Positions 25,786-37,890 of a stretch of 64,000 nt of DNA are shown here, piece by piece. Each line of letters starts with the position of its first letter. The first letter of the stretch is position 1. Source of the stretch: Octopus bimaculoides. Lineage: Eukaryota. Position numbers and translations under genes: made by a program. The stretch is from NCBI RefSeq assembly GCF_001194135.2, contig NC_068984.1:16746757-16810756 (forward strand), read 5' to 3'. The notes under the pieces are model-generated. The model did not search any database. It saw nothing but the letters and a program-made list of their open reading frames with translations, and was not told the DNA's origin.

Positions 25786-27518
25786 TTGTTTTTGTTTCAG
25801 CACACGATCTCAGATCAGATCACTTGCTTTGCAAGTACATCTCCGTAAATATTATAATTTTATTTTAATGAAAACATACTTACAAAGTACAATTATTATA
25901 AAATATCTATTAATTGTATCAAGGAGAAAGTTTTCAGCTAGTTTTTTTTTCTTTTTCTTTTTGTGGAAGGGGAATGTTTTTTGCTATTAATGAGAGGTTG
26001 AATGGCAGTATCTATATCCCACTTTAGGGCCTTAGTGACTGATAGAAAAGAAAGGAGAAAATTATCCTTTGACTAGAGTGTTGATTCAAATATCTACAAT
26101 AGCAAACTTCACTAAAGGTACCCAAGGCTCAAGCGTTGCTGTTAAACCAAACAACAGATTAATCTACAACCTCCAAAAGACAGAAATGATCTCTCCAACA
26201 GGCTTTCATTCAGATTTTTCTCCTGCAAAATTTCTGTTACAGGGTTTTGGTTGATGTGAGAGTATGGTAGAAGACACTTGCTCTAAATGCAGTGCAGTGA
26301 AATTGAACCTGAAATCAAGTAGTTGAGAAGAAAACTTCTTAACCACACAGCCATGCTTGCACTATGTTAGACTTCTAAACTCCCAGACAATGTATTGCTA
26401 GTGCATATGTTATTATCAACATTGCAGTTTATCTGTAACTATTACACACAGGTATGTTGTACATCAATATGTTTCAATTTAGCTGGACATAACTGCAGGT
26501 CATATGTGCAGCAGAGCAGATTGCAGCCATGTTCTTCCTATGTCTGAGTGTTGTTTTTTTTTTCTTTTTGTTTCTTTTTTGTCAGTTTTAATACTTTTGC
26601 TTTACTTTATAAATTATTGTATTGTCTACTATGGGAAATAGTTATCGTGCATGGTTTATAACTCTATACACAGTTTGTAGCAAAAATTTGTGGACCAGAC
26701 AAAGTTGACATAATTAGTATTGATCTTATGTTTTGCTTGTAGACTAATGTCACCATTTTATATTTTTATCTAATTTTCAAACCAATGAATGATTGCAGGG
26801 TATTTCATTGTCTTTGTCTTAACTGCATGAATGTTATTGGTGCGTTATTGGGACACCTAAGTGTTTCTCTTGTGTATTCAGAGAATATTAGTGTCATTGA
26901 ACAAGACAATGTTTTCCATTGTTTTTGTTGGAAAAGAAGATAGATTTATTTTTATCTGTTGCTGCAAATAATTTGTTCTTGAGAAACAAGGTTTTCATTT
27001 TGTAATTGTAATTATGTAATTATTAATAATTGCAATTATGTAATTATTAATAATTATAATTACTGATAAGGTGGCAAACTTGCAGAATCATTAACATGCC
27101 AGGCAAAATGCTTAGTGGCAGTTCGCTTGTCTTTACATTCTGAGTTCAAATTCTGCTGGGGTCAGCTTTGCTTTTCATCCCTTTGGGATTAATAAAATAT
27201 GGACCAGCTTGAGCACTGGGATCAATGAAATCAACTTACCGTTCCACCCTGAAATTGTCAGCCTTGTATCAAAATTTGAAACCAGTAATTATAATTAATG
27301 ATTAAAATATGTGAGTGACTATAAACATTCACAAATTAGGACAATTTAACTGACCGCAATGAAATAAACATTGAATTTTGAGTGTCTTTGCAGAGATTTA
27401 GGAAAGTCTTGTGTATGGATAACAAAGTATAATGTTGTAGCAACCCATTTAGGGAACCAAGGATCTTGGAAGTTTTTTGTTACCATAGAGTTGGGAGAGT
27501 TTATGGTAAATGCTTATT

Positions 27519-27625
27519 CTTTTCTACTCAAGGCACAGGCAGAATTTGAACTCAGAATGTAAAGACAGATGAAATACCGCTAAGCATTTCACCCAGCGTG
27601 CTAACGTTTCTGCCAGCTTGCTGCC
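27519..27625 (-). mobile_element. Internally deleted mini SINE-A (head plus tail-3 tip); 18-bp TSD
   Basis: ttatggtaaatgcttatt at 27501-27518 and 27626-27643. Confidence 0.85.
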
Positions 27626-27870
27626 TTATGGTAAATGCTTATTATTTGATAAATGTTGATACAATGAAAAGTATCATTTTTATAAAATACTAGCAAATTA
27701 ATGCAAGATCATAACAAGTTTTAGGATAGAGTAGTTTGGGTGAAACATTGTGTGATGTTGATATTAAATGATATAAAACTAACAATTATATTTTGTAAAT
27801 TCTACTGGCAGAAAGTTTACCCTTCAATTATTTTTATTCTTATTTATTCTATTTTTATTTATTCTGTCAG

Positions 27871-28091
27871 ATCAATGTTGGTTGTGGTGCCAGTTCAACT
27901 CACAAATATCCTGTACGTCTGGAATATTCTGTAAATGGTGGTAAAACATGGCAGTTGATTGTTCCTAATTGTGCTGATTATGCTTTGGCTCGTTGTGATG
28001 ACCAAACACAACCAACATCGATATATTATTCTGGCACAACCAAATATTGGAGAAGAATTATCATTCCTTTAGATGGACTTCATGCTTGTGG
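27871..28091 (+). CDS. RELN: Reelin exon 8 (repeat 5A)
   Basis: attctgtcag acceptor, GG|gtatga donor; INVGCG...PVRLEYSVNGGKTW...YYSGTTKYWRRIIIPLDGLHAC. Confidence 0.95.
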
Positions 28092-30410
28092 GTATGAACT
28101 TGGCTTTTTCCAATTTACTACTTCTGGAGTAAATATTGAATAAAAGGCTTTTGTGGGTGTATTTTAGAACATCATTTTGATTTGATAGGGAAAGCAATGA
28201 AATTTTTTTCCACACTAAATACATTATTACAATAAATACTGTATGGAATCTACAAGCAACTATTTTAGAATTCATTGAAAACAACAACTCCTCTACCATG
28301 TAAAGTAATAGGGTAAATCTTATTTAAATAGTTTACTTATTCTCACCAGACAGGCTATTTAGTAACCAAGAATTTTTGTTTTTTAAACTTTTGTCTTTTT
28401 GACAATATATAGATTCTTTTTCTTGGTGAAAGATAGCTCTTTGATGTCTTTATCAGAAGTTTGGCACTGAAAATCAATAGCTAACAATGCTAAAAGATTA
28501 AGTGAAAAAAAAAAATCTTCTGATTGTATAACAGGAATCTAAGTGATAAATTATATCGAAGCCACAAAAGTTACTGAGAATTACTTTCAACTTTTATATA
28601 CAAGTTTTGGCCAACTGTGGTCGTTGAAAGATTAACACAGTTGTCATGAGAAACTGTTTATCATACAATTCCATCAGATAATATTTCTCAACAAAAGGCT
28701 CTGTCTGTTATAGTAGGCTTCTTCCTCATGGTAAACCAATTTATTCCACTTTTGATCTGTTTATATTCATTAATTTCAACCACAAACCATTGTCACAAAC
28801 CATTGCTAGTTCCTTTGGATCTTACTATTTACCTAATGAATTTAATTAAGTTTGTTTTAAACATATTTGTTTAAGAATTCAAATAAGTTCTTTATATTAA
28901 CCACTGATACCCATACAGGTGTCAGTTAGAATCTCATGACATATTAAGCTCAAGATATTTCATATCTTATACAATATCATATTTTAGTAACACTTATTCC
29001 ATTACAATATCCAATTAAAATTAGTTTATTCCAAAATTACCAAAATGATCAGTACTGTAAATCTTTTTAAAAAAATAGATAGCAAATAACTCTGTAAAAG
29101 TGTAGGTGATCATATCACCAGATTGCCAACCTATTAGTCTGGGATCAATGACTTACTATTACATGATGCCCCTTACTAAAACATCCAGCAAACTAACTAG
29201 TGAGCAAATCATTATATAGTCTCTCAACATGCTAGAAATAGCTGTCAAATCATACCTTATTGTCTTTAAAAAATCCTGGAGGAATACGTTGAATAATTCT
29301 AAATGTACAATATACGGAAAACAAAACATGTGATGGTTCCAGCTGGAATTCTTTTGATCATAGATCTGTTCAATCAAGGATCACCTCAGGATAAACACTA
29401 CAATCAACTCTTAGTGGCCCACAATGCCAGTTGGCCACTGTAAGTAGTCTAAGTGCAATATAGTTGACAAAGTTTGTTAGCTTGCAGTCCTGGGTTCCAA
29501 TTCTCTTATGATAGGGAAGGGTTCCTCCATGAGTTATGACAGCAAGCAACATGGCAATTCAGTTTTTAGGTTGTGTGTGTGTGTTTGTGTGCTTATGTTT
29601 AGTTATATTAAAAACAATTTTGCATTAATCTTGGAGTTACTCTATACTTTCATATATATATATATAAAAACAAATAAAATCAGTGACAGTTAAAAATCTG
29701 CTTAGAATTAATTACTAGCCTGTATGGTCTGGCTAAGTCAAAATGTTTTTTTGTATTATTCCTTTCTACTTGGAGAGTTTAAATGTAGTTACAAAAATAT
29801 GTCCTTTGTTGAAATGAAATTTCAGTAAATTTCTATATCTTTGTGCAGCTGAGGATTGCTCTGCATTTTACATTTGATGTAATGTTCACATTGCTTAAAT
29901 AAATGGAGTCGCATGAAACGATCGTACTGCATTAACTTTGGATATCCTTGTTGCTTATTTTGATTATATATGTGTATATATAACCTGTGTGCTCATGAGT
30001 TGTTGGAATAGTTAGAAAAGACAAAGGATTGCATAATTATCTGCTTGTCAATGTGCGTTATATAATAGAATAGCGTGGGAAGGTTATACTTTGATTATCT
30101 TGTTTTTTTTTGTTGTTGTTTTTTTTATAAATTCAATAATATTGAATGCATTGTTCATCTTAAAAAAACATTTTTAATATGTGAAGAGCAATTTCTAAAG
30201 CCAGGTAGAGTTTTGCAAGAAATGTGAAAAGTCTATGGTAAACTTAAATGTAATAAACATTTTTATTACAATATTTCTTTTCAAATACACTGCCTTTGTT
30301 TTGTTCTAATTAATTTTGAAAACAATGAAAAATTTAATAAAATAACTTTATCCTTATTATGCTTGTATTTGAAACATAAATTAGCATGAAATTTTGATGG
30401 AGAATTTTAA

Positions 30411-30630
30411 CCCTTTAGCATTTAAACCAGCAATATCCAGCCAAAATATTCTGCCAATTTTATGTTAAAACTGGTTAGATCCAGTCCATCACACCTATCC
30501 TACAATGCCATTATAAAAATAAACAATCACATCATTGAAATCTTGAAGTTACAAGATAATGGAGGATCAATTCAAAACAATGTGAATAAATGAGCATTAC
30601 ATTTGACAGAGTAATCTCAATGCTAAGGGG
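30411..30630 (+). mobile_element. piggyBac-like MITE family D nested at a TTAA inside a family E MITE
   Basis: TTAA|CCCTTTAGCATT...AATGCTAAGGGG|TTAA; other copies 13922-14133+ and 56773-56992-. Confidence 0.87.
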
Positions 30631-30879
30631 TTAACATAGATCTCTTAAAAATAGAAAGTTTGAATCATAGAATCAGAAGTAGTTTCAAACAGGTTGGTAT
30701 CAAAAGGGTTAACATTGAATATTTTTACAACATAGTAGCAAAGCTGTAAGACCGAAATTTTTTTTTTTTTTTATCATTATAAAGCTAACCAATTCTGCTT
30801 CCCATACTATGATATGATATAATATATGCCGACAACATATTATTTCTTTTTTTTTTTTTTTGCTTTTTTATTAAAACAG

Positions 30880-31169
30880 TGCTATTCGCTTCCGTTGGAC
30901 ACAAGGATACATTCCTCACTTTGACTATGCCCCAGAGTGGGCTATTGATAATGTGTTTATTGGAATGATGTGCCTTAGTAATTGCAATGGACATGGAAGT
31001 TGCGGGAGCTCAATGTTGTGTGAATGTGATGAGGGTTATGGAGGAGACAGCTGCACTCCCCTCCAACAACACCCCACCTCTATGAAAGAAGAGTTTAAGG
31101 AACCAGTGCTGGGTGGATCAAGTGCAGTTCGAGATTACTTTCAGAAACCATCTTCACAGTTGCTTGAAG
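30880..31169 (+). CDS. RELN: Reelin exon 9 (repeat 5A end, whole EGF, 5B start)
   Basis: poly-T...aaacag acceptor, G|gtaact donor; AIRFRWTQG...WAIDNVFIGMMCLSNCNGHGSC...CECDEGYGGDSC...MKEEF. Confidence 0.95.
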
Positions 31170-31240
31170 GTAACTGATACACTGTATTTGGAATTTATTG
31201 TGAATACTGCTTAATTACAGCATATATTTGTGTACATGTA

Positions 31241-31293
<53 letters not shown>

Positions 31294-31452
31294 ATGCATG
31301 TGTGTGCATATGTATGTGTTTTCTGGTACATACCTGAACAATGAAGAAAGTGTATTGTATGTGCTCATATGTATAATGTTGTTAATGTCACTGTTGTAAT
31401 TCACTCTATATTAATAATAATTATGTTACATTCTCCTTATGTTCTCTAACAG

Positions 31453-31609
31453 CACAAACTGCATTGGATGAGAAAAAATGGTCTATTTGGAGCAATGGCC
31501 GTATTACACCTAAAGAGTGTGGTCTTTTAATCAGAGGTGCAAGTCTGTACTTTGGAGAAAATGGTGACAGAGTTCTTATTAGCAAAGACCTAGATTTGTC
31601 TCGTGTCAG
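31453..31609 (+). CDS. RELN: Reelin exon 10 (repeat 5B)
   Basis: ctctaacag acceptor, AG|gtagaa donor; QTALDEKKWSIWSNG...CGLLIRGASLYFGENGDRVLISKDLDLSRV. Confidence 0.94.
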
Positions 31610-31934
31610 GTAGAAACACTTTTATTATTTTAAACTAATTCATTATTGCCTTTTCATTGATTTATACTGAAATCTACAAAAGATTTTTTATAGTTTCTTT
31701 CTAATAAAATACATTTTCTCACACTTTTAACTAAATACACCAACATGGTTTCCTGACAAATTGAGCTATCAATGATTTTTTTTTCTTACTGAAATAATTA
31801 CGATAACACTGCATTGCTGTCTGAAACTGTGATAATCCACTCAGAAATAATGCTTATAAGTCAGTTCTTTATACAACCCAGAAATTACTCTCGAGGCTAA
31901 ATCTCATTGTCTAAATATACCCAGTGAAGGTGCA

Positions 31935-32265
31935 TGAATCAGTGGTTAGAGTGTCTGACTTACAATCATAAAATTGAGAGTTCAATTCAAGAACTGAGCT
32001 GTGTGTTGTGTTCTTGAGCAAGACACTTTATTTCATGTTGCTCCAGTTCACTCAGCTGAAGAAATGAGTTGCGATGTCACTGGTGCTAAGTTGTATCAAC
32101 TTCTGACTTTCCCTTGGGCAACATCGGTGGCATGGAGAAGGGAGACTGGTATGCATAAGAGACTGCTGGTCTTCCACAAACAACCTCGCCTGGACTTGTA
32201 CCTCGGAGGGGAACTTTCTAGTTGCAATCCCATGGTCATTCATGACCAAAGGGGGTCTTTACCCT
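31935..32265 (+). mobile_element. tRNA-derived SINE-H
   Basis: GTGGTTAGAG A box, AGTTCAATTC B box, TTGAGCAAGACAC core; related 47660-47790+ and 56225-56446-. Confidence 0.7.
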
Positions 32266-33727
32266 TTTTTTATATATACCCAAAATATATGGATAGGTCC
32301 AAAACAGAACAAGCATAGAAATACAATGCTAATACTTATGACATTAATGAAACAGGAATTGAAGCCACACTATAAATTTAGCTCATAAACTATCTCCTGC
32401 ATACATGATAATGTATAAAGCTATGACTATATTCTTTTACTTTAGTAAATTCATATATCCTAGTATATCACTGTGATGGTAATTAGTCTGAATGCCACAT
32501 CTATATCTTGTCAGATGATATATTAATTGATTTACTGAACAACATGCTTTGGATAATGCAAACCATCATTTAACCCCTATTTACCCATGCTGGTATGGGT
32601 TGGATGGTTTAACAGGAACTGACAGGCTTGAGGGGTGCATCAAGCTCTATCGTTTGCCAAGTGCCCTTCTTAATGCCAACCATTTTACAGAGTGTACTTG
32701 GTGCATTTTTCATAGTATCAGAACTGCAGAGGTCACCAAGTAACTTGTGAGACAAGACCTTCAACTGAGGAGGGAGAGTAGTATTGAGGGAGGTGCCTTT
32801 ATGCCAGGTGATGAGAGATTGAACTATGATAGAGAGACAGGAACACATAGGTACCCTAGCAGCTGGAAAAAGGAAGACTGTGATGATAAGATGTCAGGGA
32901 ATAACTGCAATGAACAAGAGGGTGAATATAAGAGAGAAGTGGAACAAAGGATAGGATGAGTGGATAGGAATGTTTATGAGACTATGAAAGGAGAGTGGCA
33001 GATGGATAGCAATGGAGATAGAAGGGAATAGAATATATCTATCTATTTTGGTAGTACGAATGTTAGTTGACACTGCAGATAATTAAATGCACAAGACAAA
33101 ATCTAACATGTTTTTGCACTATTTAATATGCACCGTTGTGCACATCAGTAATCAATTGACCTAACTGTCAGCAAAACTTTTTCTGTACATCAGATTTTTA
33201 TGGTCAAGTGCAGTTCTTAATAGTAGTGGCAGTATACAATTTCTCTGTGGGCAGAAGACCAGGGGGTACACACTTTCTGATTAGTTACCCCAAATAGGAC
33301 CAAAACCAATCAAACTGATCTTCCTTTTTCTGCCTGCAAAGAGATTGTTTAGACATTTGTTTATATTTGCCCACTGTATTTAATCACACACTGTAATTAC
33401 AGCTAAAGCTTGTACTATTTTTATAGAGAAAACTCTATTGTGCATTTACATTATGTCTCTTAACTATTTCAGCACAACCTCATGCAATATCAAAATTATT
33501 ACCCCAGAATTCAATATGTTAATAAGATACTCATTGAATATTTATATTGTTTAACTCTAGAGCAACCATGCTAGAACAGACCTGTCATCAAAGGCATTCC
33601 AACCATGACAATCTCATTTTTTCAACAATAATAATTCAACAATAAATACTAGAGCTATTTCTTATCTATTTCAGTGTTCTGTCATTCAAGAATAAATTAA
33701 TCTTTAATTTTGTTAATTTCCTTTCAG

Positions 33728-33986
33728 TATTGTTCAATTCTTCCTGCGACTTGGTTGTAAAGCCTCTCCTCCCAGCACAGGTACCCCTCCAGTGTATGTC
33801 CAATATTCAGTCGATGGTGGAATTACATGGCATACCTTTGAGCAATTTGACTTTTCCTATGAAAGTAACAAACCTGAATACATTGTTCTTCATCTGCCTG
33901 AGAAAGCTCGAACAAATTCTACCCAGCTGCAATGGTGGCAGCCATCAACCGATGGTACTTTCACTGAACAATGGGCAGTCGATCAG
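33728..33986 (+). CDS. RELN: Reelin exon 11 (repeat 5B)
   Basis: ctttcag acceptor, CAG|gttggc donor; IVQFFLRLGC...VQYSVDGGITW...LPEKARTNSTQLQWWQP...QWAVDQ. Confidence 0.94.
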
Positions 33987-34547
33987 GTTGGCAATCAAGA
34001 AATTCCTTTTTACAAATGTTTGCTTTCATTGGTTTTAGTCTGTATTTTTGTAAATATCTGTGAAAACTGAGTACGGTAATACTAGACTTACATTATTCAG
34101 ATCACATTTTCATTTCATGATCACAGTACAATGAGGCATTAGAACACTTTTGATGAACATACCATAAATTAAGATTTCCATGAAGAAATTCTTGAAAACA
34201 AATCTGTGTATTCTGGAAAAGTTTGGCATCATAGAATCTTATATAAGTCCAGGCACAGATATGGCTGTGCGGTTAAGAAGTTTGCTTTCCAGCCACATGG
34301 TTTCAATTTCAGTCCCACTGCATGGCAGCTTGAGCAAATGTCTTTTACCACAACACATGCCAACCAAAGCCATGTCAGTGGATTTGACAAACAGAAACTG
34401 AAAGAAGCCCATTATATATATATATATATATAAAATTAATTTACAAAGGTACCGTTAATTCTATTATTATCCAATGTCACTAATTTAAGAATGATAGTAA
34501 CAGAATCAATGATACAGGTGACAGCAGGTCAAAAAATGCTATTTAAA

Positions 34548-34549
34548 TG

Positions 34550-34592
<43 letters not shown>

Positions 34593-34599
34593 CACACAC

Positions 34600-34630
<31 letters not shown>

Positions 34631-34673
34631 TATATACACATACACATACACACACACATACATACATACATAC

Positions 34674-34712
<39 letters not shown>
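34548..34712. repeat. Compound (TA)n/(CA)n/(TACA)n microsatellite, representative of many
   Basis: Similar tracts at 1-47, 2147-2214, 8657-8696, 21475-21660, 24409-24457 (GAT/GAC), 31240-31292, 42655-42822, 52379-52418. Confidence 0.97.
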
Positions 34713-34719
<7 letters not shown>

Positions 34720-34844
34720 TTGTGTATTTATGTCTCCTTGTCCTTGACACCACATGATAGTTGTAAACGAGCATCACCATCATACAGGCAGCATCCTTCA
34801 TTTCCAACCTTCAGAGAAATCATGCTTAACAATGGCAAAATATT

Positions 34845-35219
34845 GTTGTTGTTGGCACTCTGTCGCTTACGACGATGAGGGTTCTTGTTGATCTGATCAA
34901 CGGAACAGCCTGCTCGTAAAATTAACGTACAAGTGGCTGAGCATTCCACAGACACGTGTACCCTTAACGTAGTTCTCAGGGATATTCAGTGTGACAAGGC
35001 TGACCCTTTGAATTACAGTCAGAACAGAAACAGGAAGTAAGAGTGAGAGAAAGTTGTGGTGAAAGAGTACAGCAGGGTTCGCGACCATCCCCTGCCGGAA
35101 CCTCGTGGAGCTTTAGGTGTTTTCACTCAATAAACACTCACAACGCCCGGTCTGGGAATCGAAACCGTGATCCTATGACCACGTGTTCGCTGCCCTAACC
35201 ACTGGGCCATTGCGCCTCC
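34845..35219 (-). mobile_element. tRNA-derived SINE-G (tail 1, (CAA)n end), full length
   Basis: GGAGGCGCAATGGCCCAGTGGTTAGG A box, GGTTTCGATTCC B box; head-only copy 44175-44283-, tail fragment 15575-15750-. Confidence 0.85.
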
Positions 35220-35604
35220 ACGGCAAAATATTACCTTACTAGGAAACAGGAAAGGGTTAGCAATAGGAAAGTCATCTGGCTGTAGAAAATTTGCCCCGAT
35301 TCTATCCAACCCATACAAGCATGAAAACCCTGGATGTCAAAAGATGGCAAATGATAGAAGTGTTTGTTTGAAGACATAAATCCTTTCATTTTAACGTAAT
35401 AATCTTTTAATCTTTCTCACCTTCATTTAACTTCAGACAGTATTTATTAACCCAACACTTAACATTTTCATTCATCACTATTCAATATTGGGCTTATCTT
35501 TTACTAATCGCCATAGCATCTTAATTCCTAATCCAGGTCAATTTCAATATAAATCATTTGGATTCCTAGTTAAATTAGTTAATTATTGTCTTGTTTCTTC
35601 AAAC

Positions 35605-36005
35605 CGCTCTTTTACTTGTTTCAGTCATTTGACTGCGGCCATGCTGGAGCACCACCTTTTAGTCGAGCAAATCGACCCCAAGACATATTCCTTGTAAGCC
35701 TAGTACTTATTCTATCAGTCTCTTTTGCTGAACTGCTAAGTTACGGGGACATAAACACACCAGCATCGGTTGTCAAGCGATGTTGGGGGGACAAACAAAG
35801 ACACACAAACACACACACACTCACATATATATACATATACATATATACAACAGGCTTCTTTCAGTTTCCGTCTTCCAAATCCACTCACAAAGCTTTGGTC
35901 GGCCCGAGATTATAGTAGAAGACACTTGCCCAAGGTGCCACGAAGTTGGACTGAACCTGAAACCATGTGGTTGGTAAGCAAGTTACTTACCACAAAGCCA
36001 CTCCT
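35605..36005 (-). mobile_element. SINE-B, full length, ending ~80 nt upstream of exon 12
   Basis: Close reverse-complement match to 20178-20600. Confidence 0.88.
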
Positions 36006-36087
36006 GCACCTGCACCCACTGTAGAGTTTTAATAAAGAAAATACTGATTAATTAATGAATAAAATTATACTTCCTTCATTTGTGCAG

Positions 36088-36229
36088 ATTTATGTTGGTG
36101 GAGATATTGATGGCACTGAAATGCTTCTGGATGAACCAACGATTCCTCAAGACACAAACTGGCTGCTTTATCCTGGAGGAGAAATTAAAAAAGTCTGTGG
36201 GTCTGTTACAGATGCCCTCTCCTTTGAAG
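36088..36229 (+). CDS. RELN: Reelin exon 12 (repeat 6A start)
   Basis: tgtgcag acceptor, G|gtatac donor; IYVGGDIDGTEMLLDE...NWLLYPGGEIKKVCGSVTDALSFE. Confidence 0.94.
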
Positions 36230-36249
36230 GTATACTCCATCTTTTACAT

Positions 36250-36501
36250 CACTGGTTCTCAACAGGGGTTCATATGACCCTTAGAGATCCATATAAGATT
36301 TTGTTATTAAAACTTATGTACAATAAATTGGTTATAATTCTACTATATGCAAAATATTTTAACAATTTTTTTGTACAACTGATAATATCTAATTAAAAAG
36401 AATGTTATAGGATTTTTTAAACATCAAATGTCTATGAAGATCCATCCGAGTAAAATAGAAATCAGTGGGGTCCATAGGTGAAAAATGGTCAAGAACCATT
36501 G
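36250..36501. mobile_element. hAT-like MITE (CACTGGTTCTCAAC...AAGAACCATTG), 8-bp TSD
   Basis: ttttacat / ctttacat flanks; related element 55566-55907. Confidence 0.7.
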
Positions 36502-36879
36502 CTTTACATTTTTGTGGTTGATACAGAAATACAACATGAGATGATGTTTTTGTTTCTATGCATTTGGAATGGAATTGAATAATCTCAACAGGTTTCACAG
36601 TTTAGGAGCCATTGTCTGCATAATATTATAAAATTTATCTTTTTGGAATTTTAAATTAAATTGTTAGCTGATGGACTCTGGAACAGGAAACACATCTTGT
36701 AAAACATTCTACTGACATCTGTGAAGGTGACATTCATAATAGAATGGATTTATATTGACCCACAAGTGAGATTTCTAAGTAAAAAAATATTAAAATATTT
36801 TAATATCCAAGTTGGAGCCCAATAATTGTAAAGAGGATAATTAGAGATCATGAGGTCTTCATTTTACATTGTAATATTG

Positions 36880-37090
36880 TTATTTTGTTGTCATGGATTA
36901 GTCCAGCTCAGCTTGGATCAAACAGACCTATAAATCAAAGACATTCCAACCATGACACATCATCCTTTTGTATATCCTACACTACAAGGTTCCTTTTTTT
37001 TTAAACAGTAGGGTGTGATTTGAGGGAGATTCAGTTGCTACTTTTATCAGATTAAACTATATATAGACTCCATTGTTGGCTTCAGAACTC
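36880..37090 (-). repeat. Old interspersed repeat family F (SINE-like 3' part)
   Basis: Shared CTAGAAATAGC...AAATCACACC...GTCATGG.TGGAATGTCTTTGATC; other copies 17140-17300+, 29195-29405+, 33560-33680-, 42124-42245-. Confidence 0.6.
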
Positions 37091-37782
37091 CCCTCGCTAT
37101 TGTTGTCCTAACTAATACGCATTACTTTATCTTAATCTACCTCTAAATTGAAATATTTTGCCACTCCTATAACTTTGTGGCTATCCCGAGGAAGAATATC
37201 TAGTGTTTGATGAATATATTTGTTTAAGCAAGTCAAAATTTTTGTTGCATTGATGGTGTGCAAATGTCCTAACTCTCCAGGACATCCCCTCATTAACAAC
37301 TCAACAGGACTGTTGTAAATCAAAAGCAATCGAAAGCTTAATACTTTTATCTCCTCTTTTATGTATCTCTAGGGCAATTTTTTTGAAGTGCTTAAAATGC
37401 TTATTAAACATACAAGTCTTGGTGGAATAAAGACTTGTTTCTTCTTTTTATTTCCCAATGGTCATCTTTCCTACTATTAATGAATATAAATTATTTTAAT
37501 ACAAGCATATTTTGTAGATGTTGACAAGTCATATAATTTCTTTCCACTACCAATTTCACAAAGTATCCCAGTATTTACTGGTCTATTTTTAAGTTCATTC
37601 TCACATCTCTGCCATAAGAATCAGTAGTAGAATAGATATAAACGAAGCTAATTCTTTTCTTAAAGATGTGATGATGATCAAGTTTGTTAATGTTAAAATT
37701 AAATTGTATTTTTTTCTTGTCATGAATCTCTAATAAATCATACTTTTTCTTTATGCTAATATTAAATACAAATCTTTTCAAG

Positions 37783-37890
37783 ATGAAGGTAATATGAGGT
37801 ATGCAATATCCAGAGATGTGACCACCTATTCGGGGGCATTCATTCAATTTGAACTTTCAATGGGTTGCAAAGACACTAAACAATGCTATG
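37783..37890 (+). CDS. RELN: Reelin exon 13 (repeat 6A)
   Basis: cttttcaag acceptor, G|gtaagt donor; (D)EGNMRYAISRDVTTYSGAFIQFELSMGCKDTKQCY; phase 1/1. Confidence 0.93.

Noticed and set aside
27001-27062. AT-only 24-bp tandem duplication
   Set aside because: Low-complexity slippage
35140-35219. tRNA gene candidates at SINE heads (also 17476, 20178, 60181, 63407)
   Set aside because: A/B boxes run on into SINE bodies with TSDs; no complete cloverleaf evident
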